A DNA stretch of 64,000 nt from an uncultured Nitrospiraceae bacterium (GTDB lineage Bacteria > Nitrospirota > Nitrospiria > Nitrospirales > Nitrospiraceae), in contig CAWCIJ010000014.1 of assembly GCA_963795615.1 (NCBI GenBank), forward strand, positions 264,275-328,274. The letters run 5' to 3'. Every line of letters starts with the position of its first letter. Positions within the stretch are counted from its first letter, which is position 1. The position numbers and the translations under genes were made by a program. Below, one piece after another: positions 8,701 through 16,738 of the stretch. The notes beneath the pieces were generated by a model that was given only the letters and a program-made list of their open reading frames with translations, did no database searches and had not been told where the DNA came from.

Positions 8701-9287
8701 CGAAGGAAACCGCCGATCGTCTCCGGGCCAATGATATCCGCGTCCAGACCAGCGCCCGCCCGTTGGAGGCGGAGGAGTATGTTCCCCATGCGGATGGGAT
8801 GCATACCTATCTGTCCATCAAGGTTCCGTTGTTCGATCACACCGGGCAGGTCTACGGCACCTGTGGCCTATCCACGGATATCACCGAGCGTAAAAGGACG
8901 GAAGAGCAGCTTCGTATGAGCGAGGAGCGATTGCGGATGGCCCTCACTGCGTCCCACGTCGGCATTTGGGACTGGGACATTCGCAGCGGGCGCATGTATT
9001 GGTCCGCGGGAGTGGAAGCACTCTGCGGTCTCGCCTCCGGATCGTTTTCCGGGGCCTATACCGACTACCTTGAACTCATTCCTGTCGAGGACCGGGGATC
9101 TGTGTTGGCCACGATCCAACAGGCCCTTGCCGAACAGGCAGGCGTGGAAATGACCCATCGGGTCGTCTGGCCTGATGGATCGTTGCATTGGTTGGCCTGG
9201 AAAGGCCGTATCCATCGAGATGACGAGGGCCATCCCATCCGGGTGCTCGGAACGGTCAACGACGAGACCAGGCGGATTTCTTCGTAG
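5787..9287 (+). CDS. response-regulator receiver fused to a long array of PAS/PAC domains, no recognisable output domain
   Basis: 1166 aa. REC motifs VLVVDDDPDI, LLDLGLPDGDG and LTKPY are followed by about 8 PAS/PAC units (repeated ...W...D..G....W...G...RD..G... patterns). The protein ends inside a PAC motif, and GGAGG precedes the ATG. Confidence 0.9.
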   Translation: MNQATLEYAVLVVDDDPDIVLGLQDLLDHDGYQVGIARTCAEAISLARRHHYNAVLLDLGLPDGDGSGVLHTLLELHPSLPVIILTAYTATERTIGSLTQGAFAYLTKPYNRDELRAVLRRAVGVQALAAQVQHAELALDESEERFRTLVESATDAIVLADEQGKIMSWNKAANRLFGYRMEEVQGCLLTMLMPVRYREAHEQGFRRLQATGESKLIGHLIAVEGLRKDGTEFPLELSLAAWKSRGRSFYSGIIRDITARRRSEEALDRLQRQHALILTQAGEGIYGLDRLGRSTFVNTAASTLLGYDTDELLGRSMHRVLHHTRVDGTPYPPENCPIHASIHDGRVHRGTREVFWKKDGTSFPVEYVSTPIREGDSVVGAVVVFRDVSDRTRAEAALEYTEQRFRSLVANIPGAVYRCACDTDWTMQFLSEAIVNISGYPASDFIDNLVRSYASVIHPEDRLLVQEVVGKAVLAKRSYELEYRLVRPTGEACWVYEMGQGIFSEDGRLRWLDGVIFDITGRKLADEALHQSETRYRVLFDDNPSMYFMVDAQGSVLSVNRFGSERLGYREDELIGQNVLNVFHPLDRDAVRSNLDTCLAEPGIPMSWELRKVRKDGTVLWVRETAQAVRNDKEIPVVLIVCEDITLIKEAERALRSSEEFKNQILRSSADCIKVLDREGRLQYVNEAGLALLEIRDPATLMNRPWISFWKGDDREAASAALSAANAGEIGKFVGYCATSTGHPKWWDVQVTPMVGAADPSRHLLVISRDITEYRRVQEALHASEERLELVIHGSNDGFWDGRVLPNEPWHSPRTPIWWSPRIREMLGVTEAEFPDVLESWLSRLHPEDKDHTFAALEAHIERRVPYDHEYRLLTKQGEYRWFRARGQGIWDEQGRLTRMAGSLQCVADLKHAEDASRRNEQLLNSIINSSRAVIYAKDLQGKYLLINSRFEQLFNLTLEEARNKTPHDIFPKETADRLRANDIRVQTSARPLEAEEYVPHADGMHTYLSIKVPLFDHTGQVYGTCGLSTDITERKRTEEQLRMSEERLRMALTASHVGIWDWDIRSGRMYWSAGVEALCGLASGSFSGAYTDYLELIPVEDRGSVLATIQQALAEQAGVEMTHRVVWPDGSLHWLAWKGRIHRDDEGHPIRVLGTVNDETRRISS

Positions 9288-9308
9288 GTCCGAAGTTGCG
9301 CGCGTCAC

Positions 9309-10292
9309 GTGGAGCAGGGAGCAACTGTGGGGCATCGCGCTACCAGGAACGTTTCGAGCCGGCAAGATCGCCGGCTGCTCCGTTGCGCCTGGATGCCGTT
9401 GATCGTCGGCTTTCTTGCACTGATCTGGCCGTCGGTCCTCCTGGCAACCGAAGTCGTGATCCTAAAATCGTCTGACATCGCGGCCTACAATCAAGCCATC
9501 AACGGATTCAAGGCTGCCCTCCCCCCCCATATGACACTCACCGAGTATGATCTCCAGGGAGATCTGGAAAAAGGGCGGAAATTTGCCCGTAAAATCCGCG
9601 CGTCCGATCCGGCCCTCGTGCTGGCCATCGGACTCAAAGCGGCCAAGGCCGCTCAACTCGAGATTGGAGACATTCCCGTCGTGTATGCCATGGTGCTCGA
9701 TCCGACTAAGTATGGCCTGACCACCCCCAACATGACTGGAATCTTGCTCGAGATTCCGTTGGAACGTCAATTGTCCACCATTCACTCGGTCCTTCCGCAG
9801 GTGAGACGTCTCGGCGCGCTCTACGATCCGGCGAAGACGGCGGCGACGATCGCAGAGGCACAGCGATTGACCAAACGAGATGGCATCGAACTCATCGCGT
9901 CCGCCGTGTTCCACGAAAGAGAAGTTCCGGCCGCACTTCGCAACCTTTTGGGGCCTGTCGGCGCATTATGGCTTGTGCCGGATTCCACGGTGCTCACCGA
10001 CGAGTCACTGCGGTTCATCCTCAATGCGGCTCTGGAGCAACGTGTCCCGGTCATCGGCTTCTCACGGGAGTTTGCCCGCAGCGGCGCCTTGTTGTGTCTA
10101 TCGGTGAATTACAGCGACATCGGCCGCCAAGCCGGGCAATTAGCCCGCAAACTTCTAGACGGGCGGCTCAGCATGCCCATGAAGCCGATGCCTCCTGAAC
10201 GGATCGACCTGAGCCTGAATCTGAAGACGGCCCGGTTTCTGGGCATCGAAATACCGAAAGATCTGGAAAATCGAGCGGACGAACTCTACTAA
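9309..10292 (+). CDS. periplasmic substrate-binding protein of the ABC_sub_bind (PF04392-like) family
   Basis: Signal/anchor helix, then VVILKSSDIAAYNQAINGFKAAL...ALVLAIGLKAAKAA...IPVVYAMVLDP...NMTGI, as in that family. The start is uncertain (GTG 9309 or ATG 9393). Confidence 0.75.
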   Translation: MEQGATVGHRATRNVSSRQDRRLLRCAWMPLIVGFLALIWPSVLLATEVVILKSSDIAAYNQAINGFKAALPPHMTLTEYDLQGDLEKGRKFARKIRASDPALVLAIGLKAAKAAQLEIGDIPVVYAMVLDPTKYGLTTPNMTGILLEIPLERQLSTIHSVLPQVRRLGALYDPAKTAATIAEAQRLTKRDGIELIASAVFHEREVPAALRNLLGPVGALWLVPDSTVLTDESLRFILNAALEQRVPVIGFSREFARSGALLCLSVNYSDIGRQAGQLARKLLDGRLSMPMKPMPPERIDLSLNLKTARFLGIEIPKDLENRADELY

Positions 10293-10294
10293 GC

Positions 10295-12598
10295 ATGGTG
10301 AGCCCTATGGACGATAAAGCCGATCATCGCGAGGTCGTTCATCTTCCATTGATCTGGCCGGGCCGCTTCATCAGCCTGCGGACCAAGTTTGTCGTCTTCT
10401 TCAGCCTGATCATCATTCTGACCTGTTCGGCCTTGAGCTGGTATTTCATTCAGAACAAGCGCACCACCATGGGGGAGCGGCTCAGAGATCTCGGATCGGT
10501 CCTGGTGAAGAACCTGGCCCACAACGTCCGGTACGGCATCATCATCGAAGAACGGACCATCCTGGACCAGTTCATTGAAGGCGTGATGGAGGTCGATGAA
10601 GTCGTCTATGTGATGATCTCCGGGGCAGACGGTCAAATACTCGCGGCACGCAGCAAGGGTAAACTGGAAGGAGCATTGGGCCTGACCCGTTCGCCCGACC
10701 AACCCTTCTATCCCCGGCCGGGAATCTCAGAGACCGTCGCGGAGAACCCCCGGCCTGAACCCCTTATTACTCATCTGCGCATCAGCGGCACGGGATCCGT
10801 TCCCATACCCTTTGAGGGCATCACCCTCGGCCCGTCCCCGTCGGAAGAGTCGTATTATGACTTCGCCTTGCCTGTGTTCACACGAGCCAATGCGCCACTC
10901 GAGTCTCTCGCCTTGCAGGCAGAGGAGGCTCAGCCGTCGGCGAAAAGGGTTTCGCTGGCCGTCTTCGGGGTCGTCCAAATAGGAGTGACCGAGTTTCCGC
11001 TTCAACGCGAGCTGGGACGCATTCTGCGCAATTTTCTGATGCTCGCCCTGGGCATCATCATTGCCGGTATCGTGAGTACGGGATTCCTCGCCCGCAAGGT
11101 GATCACTCCCCTGCGGAATCTTGCTGCCGGGGCAAGGAAAGTCGGCGAAGGAGACTTCACCACCGTGGTCCTACCTACCACGCGTGATGAAGTCGGCCAG
11201 CTGACCGGTCTCTTCAATCTCATGACGAAATCGATTCACGAGCGGAATCAGGCCATCTCGGCCAACCTCGATATCATCCGTCGTCAGGTCACGCAACTGA
11301 CGACTCTGAACCAAACGAGCGCCGCCATCACCTCCACGCTCGATCGCGACCGCCTCTTGAGCCTCGTGCTGCAACTCTTGATGGATAATCTCGGCTTCGT
11401 GAGGATGGCCATCGTCCTCTATGATAAGGCACGCGGCGTGGCCTATACAGGCCAGCTCGCGGGTGTCCCTCCGGAGATCGAACAGGCGGCCCGACAACTC
11501 GTCATTCCGGTCCACGACGATGACAGTACCTATGCTCAACTGCTCATTCAAGGTAAGCCGCTGTTGGTGCAGGACCTCGCCATGGTCGCTCATCGCATGC
11601 ATCCGGCGGAACTCGAGCTGCTGCGGCAGGTGAATGTGCATTCCTTCGTCAGCGTCCCGCTCCGGAGCCAGCAAAGAGCGCTCGGGTATCTCTCCGGTGA
11701 TCGTGGCGCGCACCTCTGTAGCCACGAAGACCTGGACCTCCTCATGACGGTGGCCAGCCACGTGGCAGTCGCCATCGATAACGCCAGAGCCTACAGTGCA
11801 TTGGAACTGCTCACGCAGAGCCTGGAAGAGAGAGTCGGCGAACGGACGCAGGAACTCCAGGGCGCGAATGAACGTCTGCAGGACCACGATCGCCGCCGCT
11901 CCAAGTTTGTGTCGGTCGCCTCCCATGAATTGCGGACCCCGATGACCTCGATCAAGGGGTTTGTCGAGAACATGCTGGACGGGTTGACCGGTCAACTGTC
12001 CGATCGCCAGGAGCATTATCTCCAGCGGGTGAAACATAATATCGAGCGGTTGACCCGGATCATCAATCAACTGCTTGATTGGTCCCGCATCGACGTCGGC
12101 CGGCTTGAGCTCCAGCCGGAACCATTACCGATCTACGAGTACGTCAAGGACATCGTCGAAAGTGTGCAGACCCTGGCGGATGAAAAAGCCATCACGCTCC
12201 AAGTCCTCCCCTGCGAGGGGTTGCCGGCCGTGCATGCCGACCGGGACAAGCTCGAACAGATCCTTTGGAACCTCGTCGGCAATGCGATCAAGTTCACCTC
12301 TCGTGGCGGCAAGGTCTCGGTGGAATTTCACCTGCGCGAGGATGGCTTCGTGGAGGTCCGGATCATCGATACCGGATGCGGCATCGCGCCGCACGAAATT
12401 CCGAAGGTGTTCAACGAATTTTCGAAGATCGAGTCCTCCATCCCCTCATCCCAAGGCGCGCAACTCGGATTATTCATTACCAAGAGTCTGGTCCGGTTGC
12501 ACGGCGGACAGATCTGGGTCGAAAGCAGGCTTGGCTCGGGCAGTCGTTTTTGCTTCACGCTTCCCTGCATCAGCAAGCCGTCGGCACTGGATTCCTAG
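10295..12598 (+). CDS. membrane sensor histidine kinase (periplasmic domain-HAMP-GAF-HisKA-HATPase)
   Basis: Two TM segments flank a periplasmic stretch of about 200 aa. The HAMP motif is ITPLRNLAAGARKVGEGDF, followed by a GAF region, the H-box SHELRTPMTSIKG, and N/G boxes NLVGNAIKFT, DTGCGI and GLGLFI. The start lies 2 nt after the SBP stop. Confidence 0.9.
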   Translation: MVSPMDDKADHREVVHLPLIWPGRFISLRTKFVVFFSLIIILTCSALSWYFIQNKRTTMGERLRDLGSVLVKNLAHNVRYGIIIEERTILDQFIEGVMEVDEVVYVMISGADGQILAARSKGKLEGALGLTRSPDQPFYPRPGISETVAENPRPEPLITHLRISGTGSVPIPFEGITLGPSPSEESYYDFALPVFTRANAPLESLALQAEEAQPSAKRVSLAVFGVVQIGVTEFPLQRELGRILRNFLMLALGIIIAGIVSTGFLARKVITPLRNLAAGARKVGEGDFTTVVLPTTRDEVGQLTGLFNLMTKSIHERNQAISANLDIIRRQVTQLTTLNQTSAAITSTLDRDRLLSLVLQLLMDNLGFVRMAIVLYDKARGVAYTGQLAGVPPEIEQAARQLVIPVHDDDSTYAQLLIQGKPLLVQDLAMVAHRMHPAELELLRQVNVHSFVSVPLRSQQRALGYLSGDRGAHLCSHEDLDLLMTVASHVAVAIDNARAYSALELLTQSLEERVGERTQELQGANERLQDHDRRRSKFVSVASHELRTPMTSIKGFVENMLDGLTGQLSDRQEHYLQRVKHNIERLTRIINQLLDWSRIDVGRLELQPEPLPIYEYVKDIVESVQTLADEKAITLQVLPCEGLPAVHADRDKLEQILWNLVGNAIKFTSRGGKVSVEFHLREDGFVEVRIIDTGCGIAPHEIPKVFNEFSKIESSIPSSQGAQLGLFITKSLVRLHGGQIWVESRLGSGSRFCFTLPCISKPSALDS

Positions 12599-12612
12599 AA
12601 TGGAGGTCGCCC

Positions 12613-14055
12613 ATGCGTCTGATCGCACGACGCCTCAACGCTGGACAACGCCCAACGGTCAGGACCTGTCGCCTGAGTAGGCGGAGGCCGGCGGCTGTCG
12701 GTCTCCTGCTTGCGCTGCTGACTCTGCCTTCTGCTCTCTTCGCCGGTGGGTTTCGCATCCTCGACCAAAGCGCATCCGCCGTGGGACAGAGCGGAGCGTT
12801 CACCGCGCAAGCCGACGATCCCTCCGCCCTCTTTTACAACCCGGCCGGCATGACGCAGTTGCGCGGAATCCAAACCTCCGTGGGTACTCTTCTCGCCGGT
12901 GGCTCCACCTCGTTCACCGGACCGACCGGTACCACCTCGCGCGGTGACTTCGGCGGGAGCGTGGCTATTCCGCCACCCACCAACTTCTATGTGACCGCCA
13001 ATCTCGGCGATCTGGGACTCACCGCTCTGAAGGGCCTTACAGCGGGTGTGGGAGTGCTCTCCCCGTTCGGAATCAAGTACCGATACCCGAATGACGGCCC
13101 GTTTTCGACTGCGGTAACTCAACAAGCGCTTCCGCTGATAGACATCAAACCTACCCTCGCCTTCCAATTGAACGATCAGCTCTCGCTCGGTGTCGGCGCG
13201 GATATCTACACCTTCGCGAGTTTCTGGGGGACCGGACAAGGGGTGACCAAATTCAACAATGCCGGCTTGCCGGGGCTGCCGGTCGGCGCTCCTTTGGAAA
13301 TCAACGGAGGTGATACAGCCGCGGGCTTCAATGTCAGCCTCTTGTACACCCCGCTGCGCAACGAGGATGGGAAACCGTTGGCGAATATCGGCCTTGTCTA
13401 TCGCAGCCAGGCCACCCTGCACTTGAACGGGAACTTTCTCGCGAACGGGGGACTGGTCGCTGATGCATCCACGACCGTGGTGTTGCCGCAGGTATATACG
13501 GGCGGCATCGCACTCTGGCCCGTCCGGAACCGGGACAACGAATGGAAGTTGGAACTGGATGTGGACTACACCGGCTGGAAAGCATTACGCAACACAGACG
13601 TGCATCTTTCCAATGGGATCACCATTCCGTTTCCTCAAAATTGGCAGAGCAGCTACACGGTCATGATCGGGACCGAATACAAATGGCTTCAAGTGGAGCG
13701 CCTGCCCGATTGGGAGATCGCGCTACGCGGAGGATACTGGCACTCGCAGAATGCCGTTCCCGACAGTTCCTTTAGCCCGACCGTGCCGGATTCCGACAAC
13801 CATTCGATCTCCGTCGGACTTGGCCTTCTGTGCAAGGACAAGGGACATTTTTTGGGTGTGCTCCCGTGCGGGCATTCAGGTGGCGGACTGTTCCGTCCCC
13901 GCGCGGTGGGCCTCGATATAGCCTTCCAGACGTTGTTATATGAAACCCGCACTGTTGCCGGGAATCAAAACCCGGTCGCCATCCCCGGCTCGGTGAACGG
14001 AACCTATCAAACCACCTGGTATATCGGCTCCATCAACCTGCGCGTGAATTTCTAG
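12613..14055 (+). CDS. outer-membrane transport protein of the OmpP1/FadL/TodX family
   Basis: The ATG at 12613 gives a signal peptide (LLLALLTLPSALFA). FRILDQSASAVGQSGAFTAQADDPSALFYNPAGM is the family N-terminal signature, and the protein ends in a beta-barrel-type ...INLRVNF. Confidence 0.85.
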   Translation: MRLIARRLNAGQRPTVRTCRLSRRRPAAVGLLLALLTLPSALFAGGFRILDQSASAVGQSGAFTAQADDPSALFYNPAGMTQLRGIQTSVGTLLAGGSTSFTGPTGTTSRGDFGGSVAIPPPTNFYVTANLGDLGLTALKGLTAGVGVLSPFGIKYRYPNDGPFSTAVTQQALPLIDIKPTLAFQLNDQLSLGVGADIYTFASFWGTGQGVTKFNNAGLPGLPVGAPLEINGGDTAAGFNVSLLYTPLRNEDGKPLANIGLVYRSQATLHLNGNFLANGGLVADASTTVVLPQVYTGGIALWPVRNRDNEWKLELDVDYTGWKALRNTDVHLSNGITIPFPQNWQSSYTVMIGTEYKWLQVERLPDWEIALRGGYWHSQNAVPDSSFSPTVPDSDNHSISVGLGLLCKDKGHFLGVLPCGHSGGGLFRPRAVGLDIAFQTLLYETRTVAGNQNPVAIPGSVNGTYQTTWYIGSINLRVNF

Positions 14056-14088
14056 TGGAGGTCGAGCAGGGGCGAGTGAGGGGTTTCC

Positions 14089-14193
14089 ATGACGAAACGC
14101 TCGTTACTTTTGGTGCTGGCCCATGGAATTCTTGGATGGGGAAGCCCGGCCGCGGGTCGTGAGCACGTGTTCAACGTAGCGGCTTTCCTATGA
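14089..14193 (+). CDS. 34-codon upstream ORF overlapping the kinase start (ATGA); possibly a hydrolase gene remnant or leader peptide
   Basis: MTKRSLLLVLAHGILGWGSPAAGREHVFNVAAFL; its TGA overlaps ATG 14190. It is below the ORF-track threshold and I read it from the sequence. No clear SD was seen. Confidence 0.25.
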   Translation: MTKRSLLLVLAHGILGWGSPAAGREHVFNVAAFL

Positions 14194-16538
14194 CCGAGAC
14201 ACAGCCAGGCGCCATGGCCGACCTCCTCTCGAAGGACCATCGCATCACCGAAAAGGGGATGATGGAATTCCGCCCATTCGGCATGGACGCACAGGGAAAC
14301 AAGATTCGAGATGCCAGCGGGGTCACGGTCTTAGCCAATGTGGAGTGTCTCGAAGAACTCGTTACCGAAGCACGGGGACGAGAGGCGGGTCAAAAGGCGG
14401 TCGCGGAGCTATGCAGGCTGTTGAACGAACGGATCAACGATCAGGCCTACCATGTCACACCTCAATTCTTGAGAAAGGTCTGGAACAGCTATTCGTACGA
14501 GTTCGTGTGCTTTCTCGGCGAATTCTGTTCTGAAATTTCAGGCGACCAGCGGTTTCAATTTCACGTGGGCGAGAAGAAACTCATCTCTCCGATCATTCAA
14601 ACGTTGGGCCGCCCGTTCTCCGTGTCGCAGATTTATCGGATGTTCCCCCATTTCGGGCAGAAGTACGCGAAAGGATCTATCCTGTTTTCAACGGGGACCA
14701 TCACCGACCGCTCCGCGGTGCTTCGGATGGGTTACAGCGACCATGTCTATCGGCAGTTCGGCCCCTACCGGAAGGCTTGCGCGTATTTGATCTGCCAATC
14801 GTCGAAAGCGGCACTCGGATCCTTCCCGCATCTGATCCACGGCCTCCGGACTGCCGATATCATCGACCGGGCTTGCATCGCCGAGGGCGACGACTGCTGC
14901 GAATGGGAATTCAGATGGACGCCGAGAGAGCCGCGCGCGCTTCTCGGAGCCCTGGCTGGAGCAGGACTTTCGGGAGCAACTCTCTCCTATCTGCGTCTGC
15001 GCCACGCTGATATTCCGCTGATGGAGACGGTGCTGCTGGCCCTGTTCCCCGGCATCGCGCTTTGGTCGGCGAACATTGCACGCATTCTCCGAAGGAAGGT
15101 GGCGGCAACGGAACGCGTGCTTCAGGAACAGATCAGGCTGGCGGATACCCGGCACGAGGAATTGCGAGAGGCCTATCTGGAGCAGGAACAGGTCGCCGTC
15201 GACCTGAAGCGCAAAGTCAGCCAGCTGACACTGCTGCATCAGACCGGCGTGATGGTCAGTTCAACCTTGGATCGTGAGGTCTTGCTTCAACACGCCTTGC
15301 AATCGATCAAGCATAGTCTCGACTTCGATCGAGTCATGATTTCCTTTTATGACAGTGACCGGAAGGTCTCATACGATGCGCGTGTGATCGGCGTCCCTGA
15401 CGACGTGGCGGCCTTTGCCCGTTCGCTTGAGACCCCGGTCACAGATCCGACGCGCATCGAGGGACAGTTGCTGTTGGATGGCAAGCCGATTCTGATCAAG
15501 GATATTCACGACGTGTGGGACCGCTTGCATCCGTTTTCTCAACAATTGGCCTCTCGAACCCAGGCCAAGGCCCTCATCGCGGTGCCGCTGAAAGTAAAGG
15601 ATCGGATCATTGGTTCATTGACGGTGGATCGCCTGCAAAACCACTCACTCAATGAGGAGGACTTGGAAGTCATGATCACGGTCGCCAATCACCTGGCAAT
15701 CGCGTTGGACCATGCAGCCGCGTACCGCCAGATCGAGGACCTCAACATCGGACTCGAGGCCAAGATCCGGGAACGGACGGCGGCCTTGGAGCATGCAAAT
15801 CAAGAACTCAATCTTGCCAATAAGCAGCTCCAGGAACTGGATCAACTGAAATCCTCGTTCGTCTCGACGGTATCGCACGAATTACGCACGCCGATGACGT
15901 CGATCAAGGGCTATGTGGAGAATATGCTTGAGGGTCTCGCCGGTCATGTGACTGAGAAGCAGGCCACCTATCTGGCCAGGATAAAATACAACACAGAACG
16001 GCTGACGCGAATGATCAACGATCTCTTGGACCTCTCGAGGATTGAAGCCAAACGGGTGGAACTCCAGATATCCTCTGTTTCACTACCGGAATTGATCTCG
16101 GATGTCGCAGAAAGTCTTCAAAATATGGCACAGGATAAGTCGGTATCCCTTCGGGTGCATCGCACAGACAGCCTGCCGACCGTTCAAGGAGACAAGGACA
16201 AGCTCCATCAGGTACTGACCAATTTGATCCATAACGCCATCAAGTTCACCCCTGTCGGCGGGCGTGTAGAGATCTCCACCAGGCTGTCCGAAGCGAGCGT
16301 GGTGGAAATCTCCGTTGCCGACACCGGATGCGGCATTCCGCCGCAGCAAATGACAGAGGTGTTCGAGAAGTTCCACCATAGCGATTCCGCTCCGGTAGAG
16401 GCCCGTGGCGCCGGGCTCGGACTCGCAATCGTGAAAAGTCTTCTGGAACTCCATCGCGGGAAGATTTGGGTCAACAGTACGTTGGGCGCCGGTACACAGT
16501 TTGTCTTTACCCTGCCGATTGCCTCCCATGAGGAGTGA
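14190..16538 (+). CDS. sensor histidine kinase with cytoplasmic V4R-like N-terminal domain, TM region, GAF, HisKA, HATPase
   Basis: The N-terminal 250 aa or so end in ACIAEGDDCCEWEF, which resembles the V4R/XylR-N small-molecule-binding domain signature. Hydrophobic helices follow, then a GAF region, the H-box SHELRTPMTSIKG and the HATPase boxes NLIHNAIKFT, DTGCGIP and GLGLAI. Confidence 0.9.
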   Translation: MTETQPGAMADLLSKDHRITEKGMMEFRPFGMDAQGNKIRDASGVTVLANVECLEELVTEARGREAGQKAVAELCRLLNERINDQAYHVTPQFLRKVWNSYSYEFVCFLGEFCSEISGDQRFQFHVGEKKLISPIIQTLGRPFSVSQIYRMFPHFGQKYAKGSILFSTGTITDRSAVLRMGYSDHVYRQFGPYRKACAYLICQSSKAALGSFPHLIHGLRTADIIDRACIAEGDDCCEWEFRWTPREPRALLGALAGAGLSGATLSYLRLRHADIPLMETVLLALFPGIALWSANIARILRRKVAATERVLQEQIRLADTRHEELREAYLEQEQVAVDLKRKVSQLTLLHQTGVMVSSTLDREVLLQHALQSIKHSLDFDRVMISFYDSDRKVSYDARVIGVPDDVAAFARSLETPVTDPTRIEGQLLLDGKPILIKDIHDVWDRLHPFSQQLASRTQAKALIAVPLKVKDRIIGSLTVDRLQNHSLNEEDLEVMITVANHLAIALDHAAAYRQIEDLNIGLEAKIRERTAALEHANQELNLANKQLQELDQLKSSFVSTVSHELRTPMTSIKGYVENMLEGLAGHVTEKQATYLARIKYNTERLTRMINDLLDLSRIEAKRVELQISSVSLPELISDVAESLQNMAQDKSVSLRVHRTDSLPTVQGDKDKLHQVLTNLIHNAIKFTPVGGRVEISTRLSEASVVEISVADTGCGIPPQQMTEVFEKFHHSDSAPVEARGAGLGLAIVKSLLELHRGKIWVNSTLGAGTQFVFTLPIASHEE

Positions 16539-16622
16539 GAGTCTCGGCGTCTCGGGTGTATCTTATTCGATAATCCCAGTATTATTTTTGGATACATCTT
16601 CTCTTGCTCAGTCTTCTCAAGC

Positions 16623-16636
16623 CCATTTCGAAATGG
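16623..16636. promoter_or_regulatory. perfect 14-bp palindrome CCATTTCGAAATGG, candidate upstream activator/regulator site
   Basis: Lies in an AT-rich 180-bp spacer, about 65 nt upstream of the sigma54-type -24 element. Confidence 0.3.
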
Positions 16637-16698
16637 CTCTTTTCCATAATAACAAGCCGTTCCAATGCATCCATTTAGCTCTCTCCTTGATCCGTTCC

Positions 16699-16713
16699 TG
16701 GCACGACTGTTGC
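16699..16713 (+). promoter_or_regulatory. sigma54 (RpoN)-type promoter, -24/-12 elements
   Basis: TGGCACGACTGTTGC matches the consensus TGGCAC-N5-TTGC exactly. It is located 26-44 nt upstream of the possible TTG starts (16739/16757) of the hybrid kinase gene. Confidence 0.5.
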
Positions 16714-16738
16714 GGTGTGATCGATTGATCCGCTCGGT

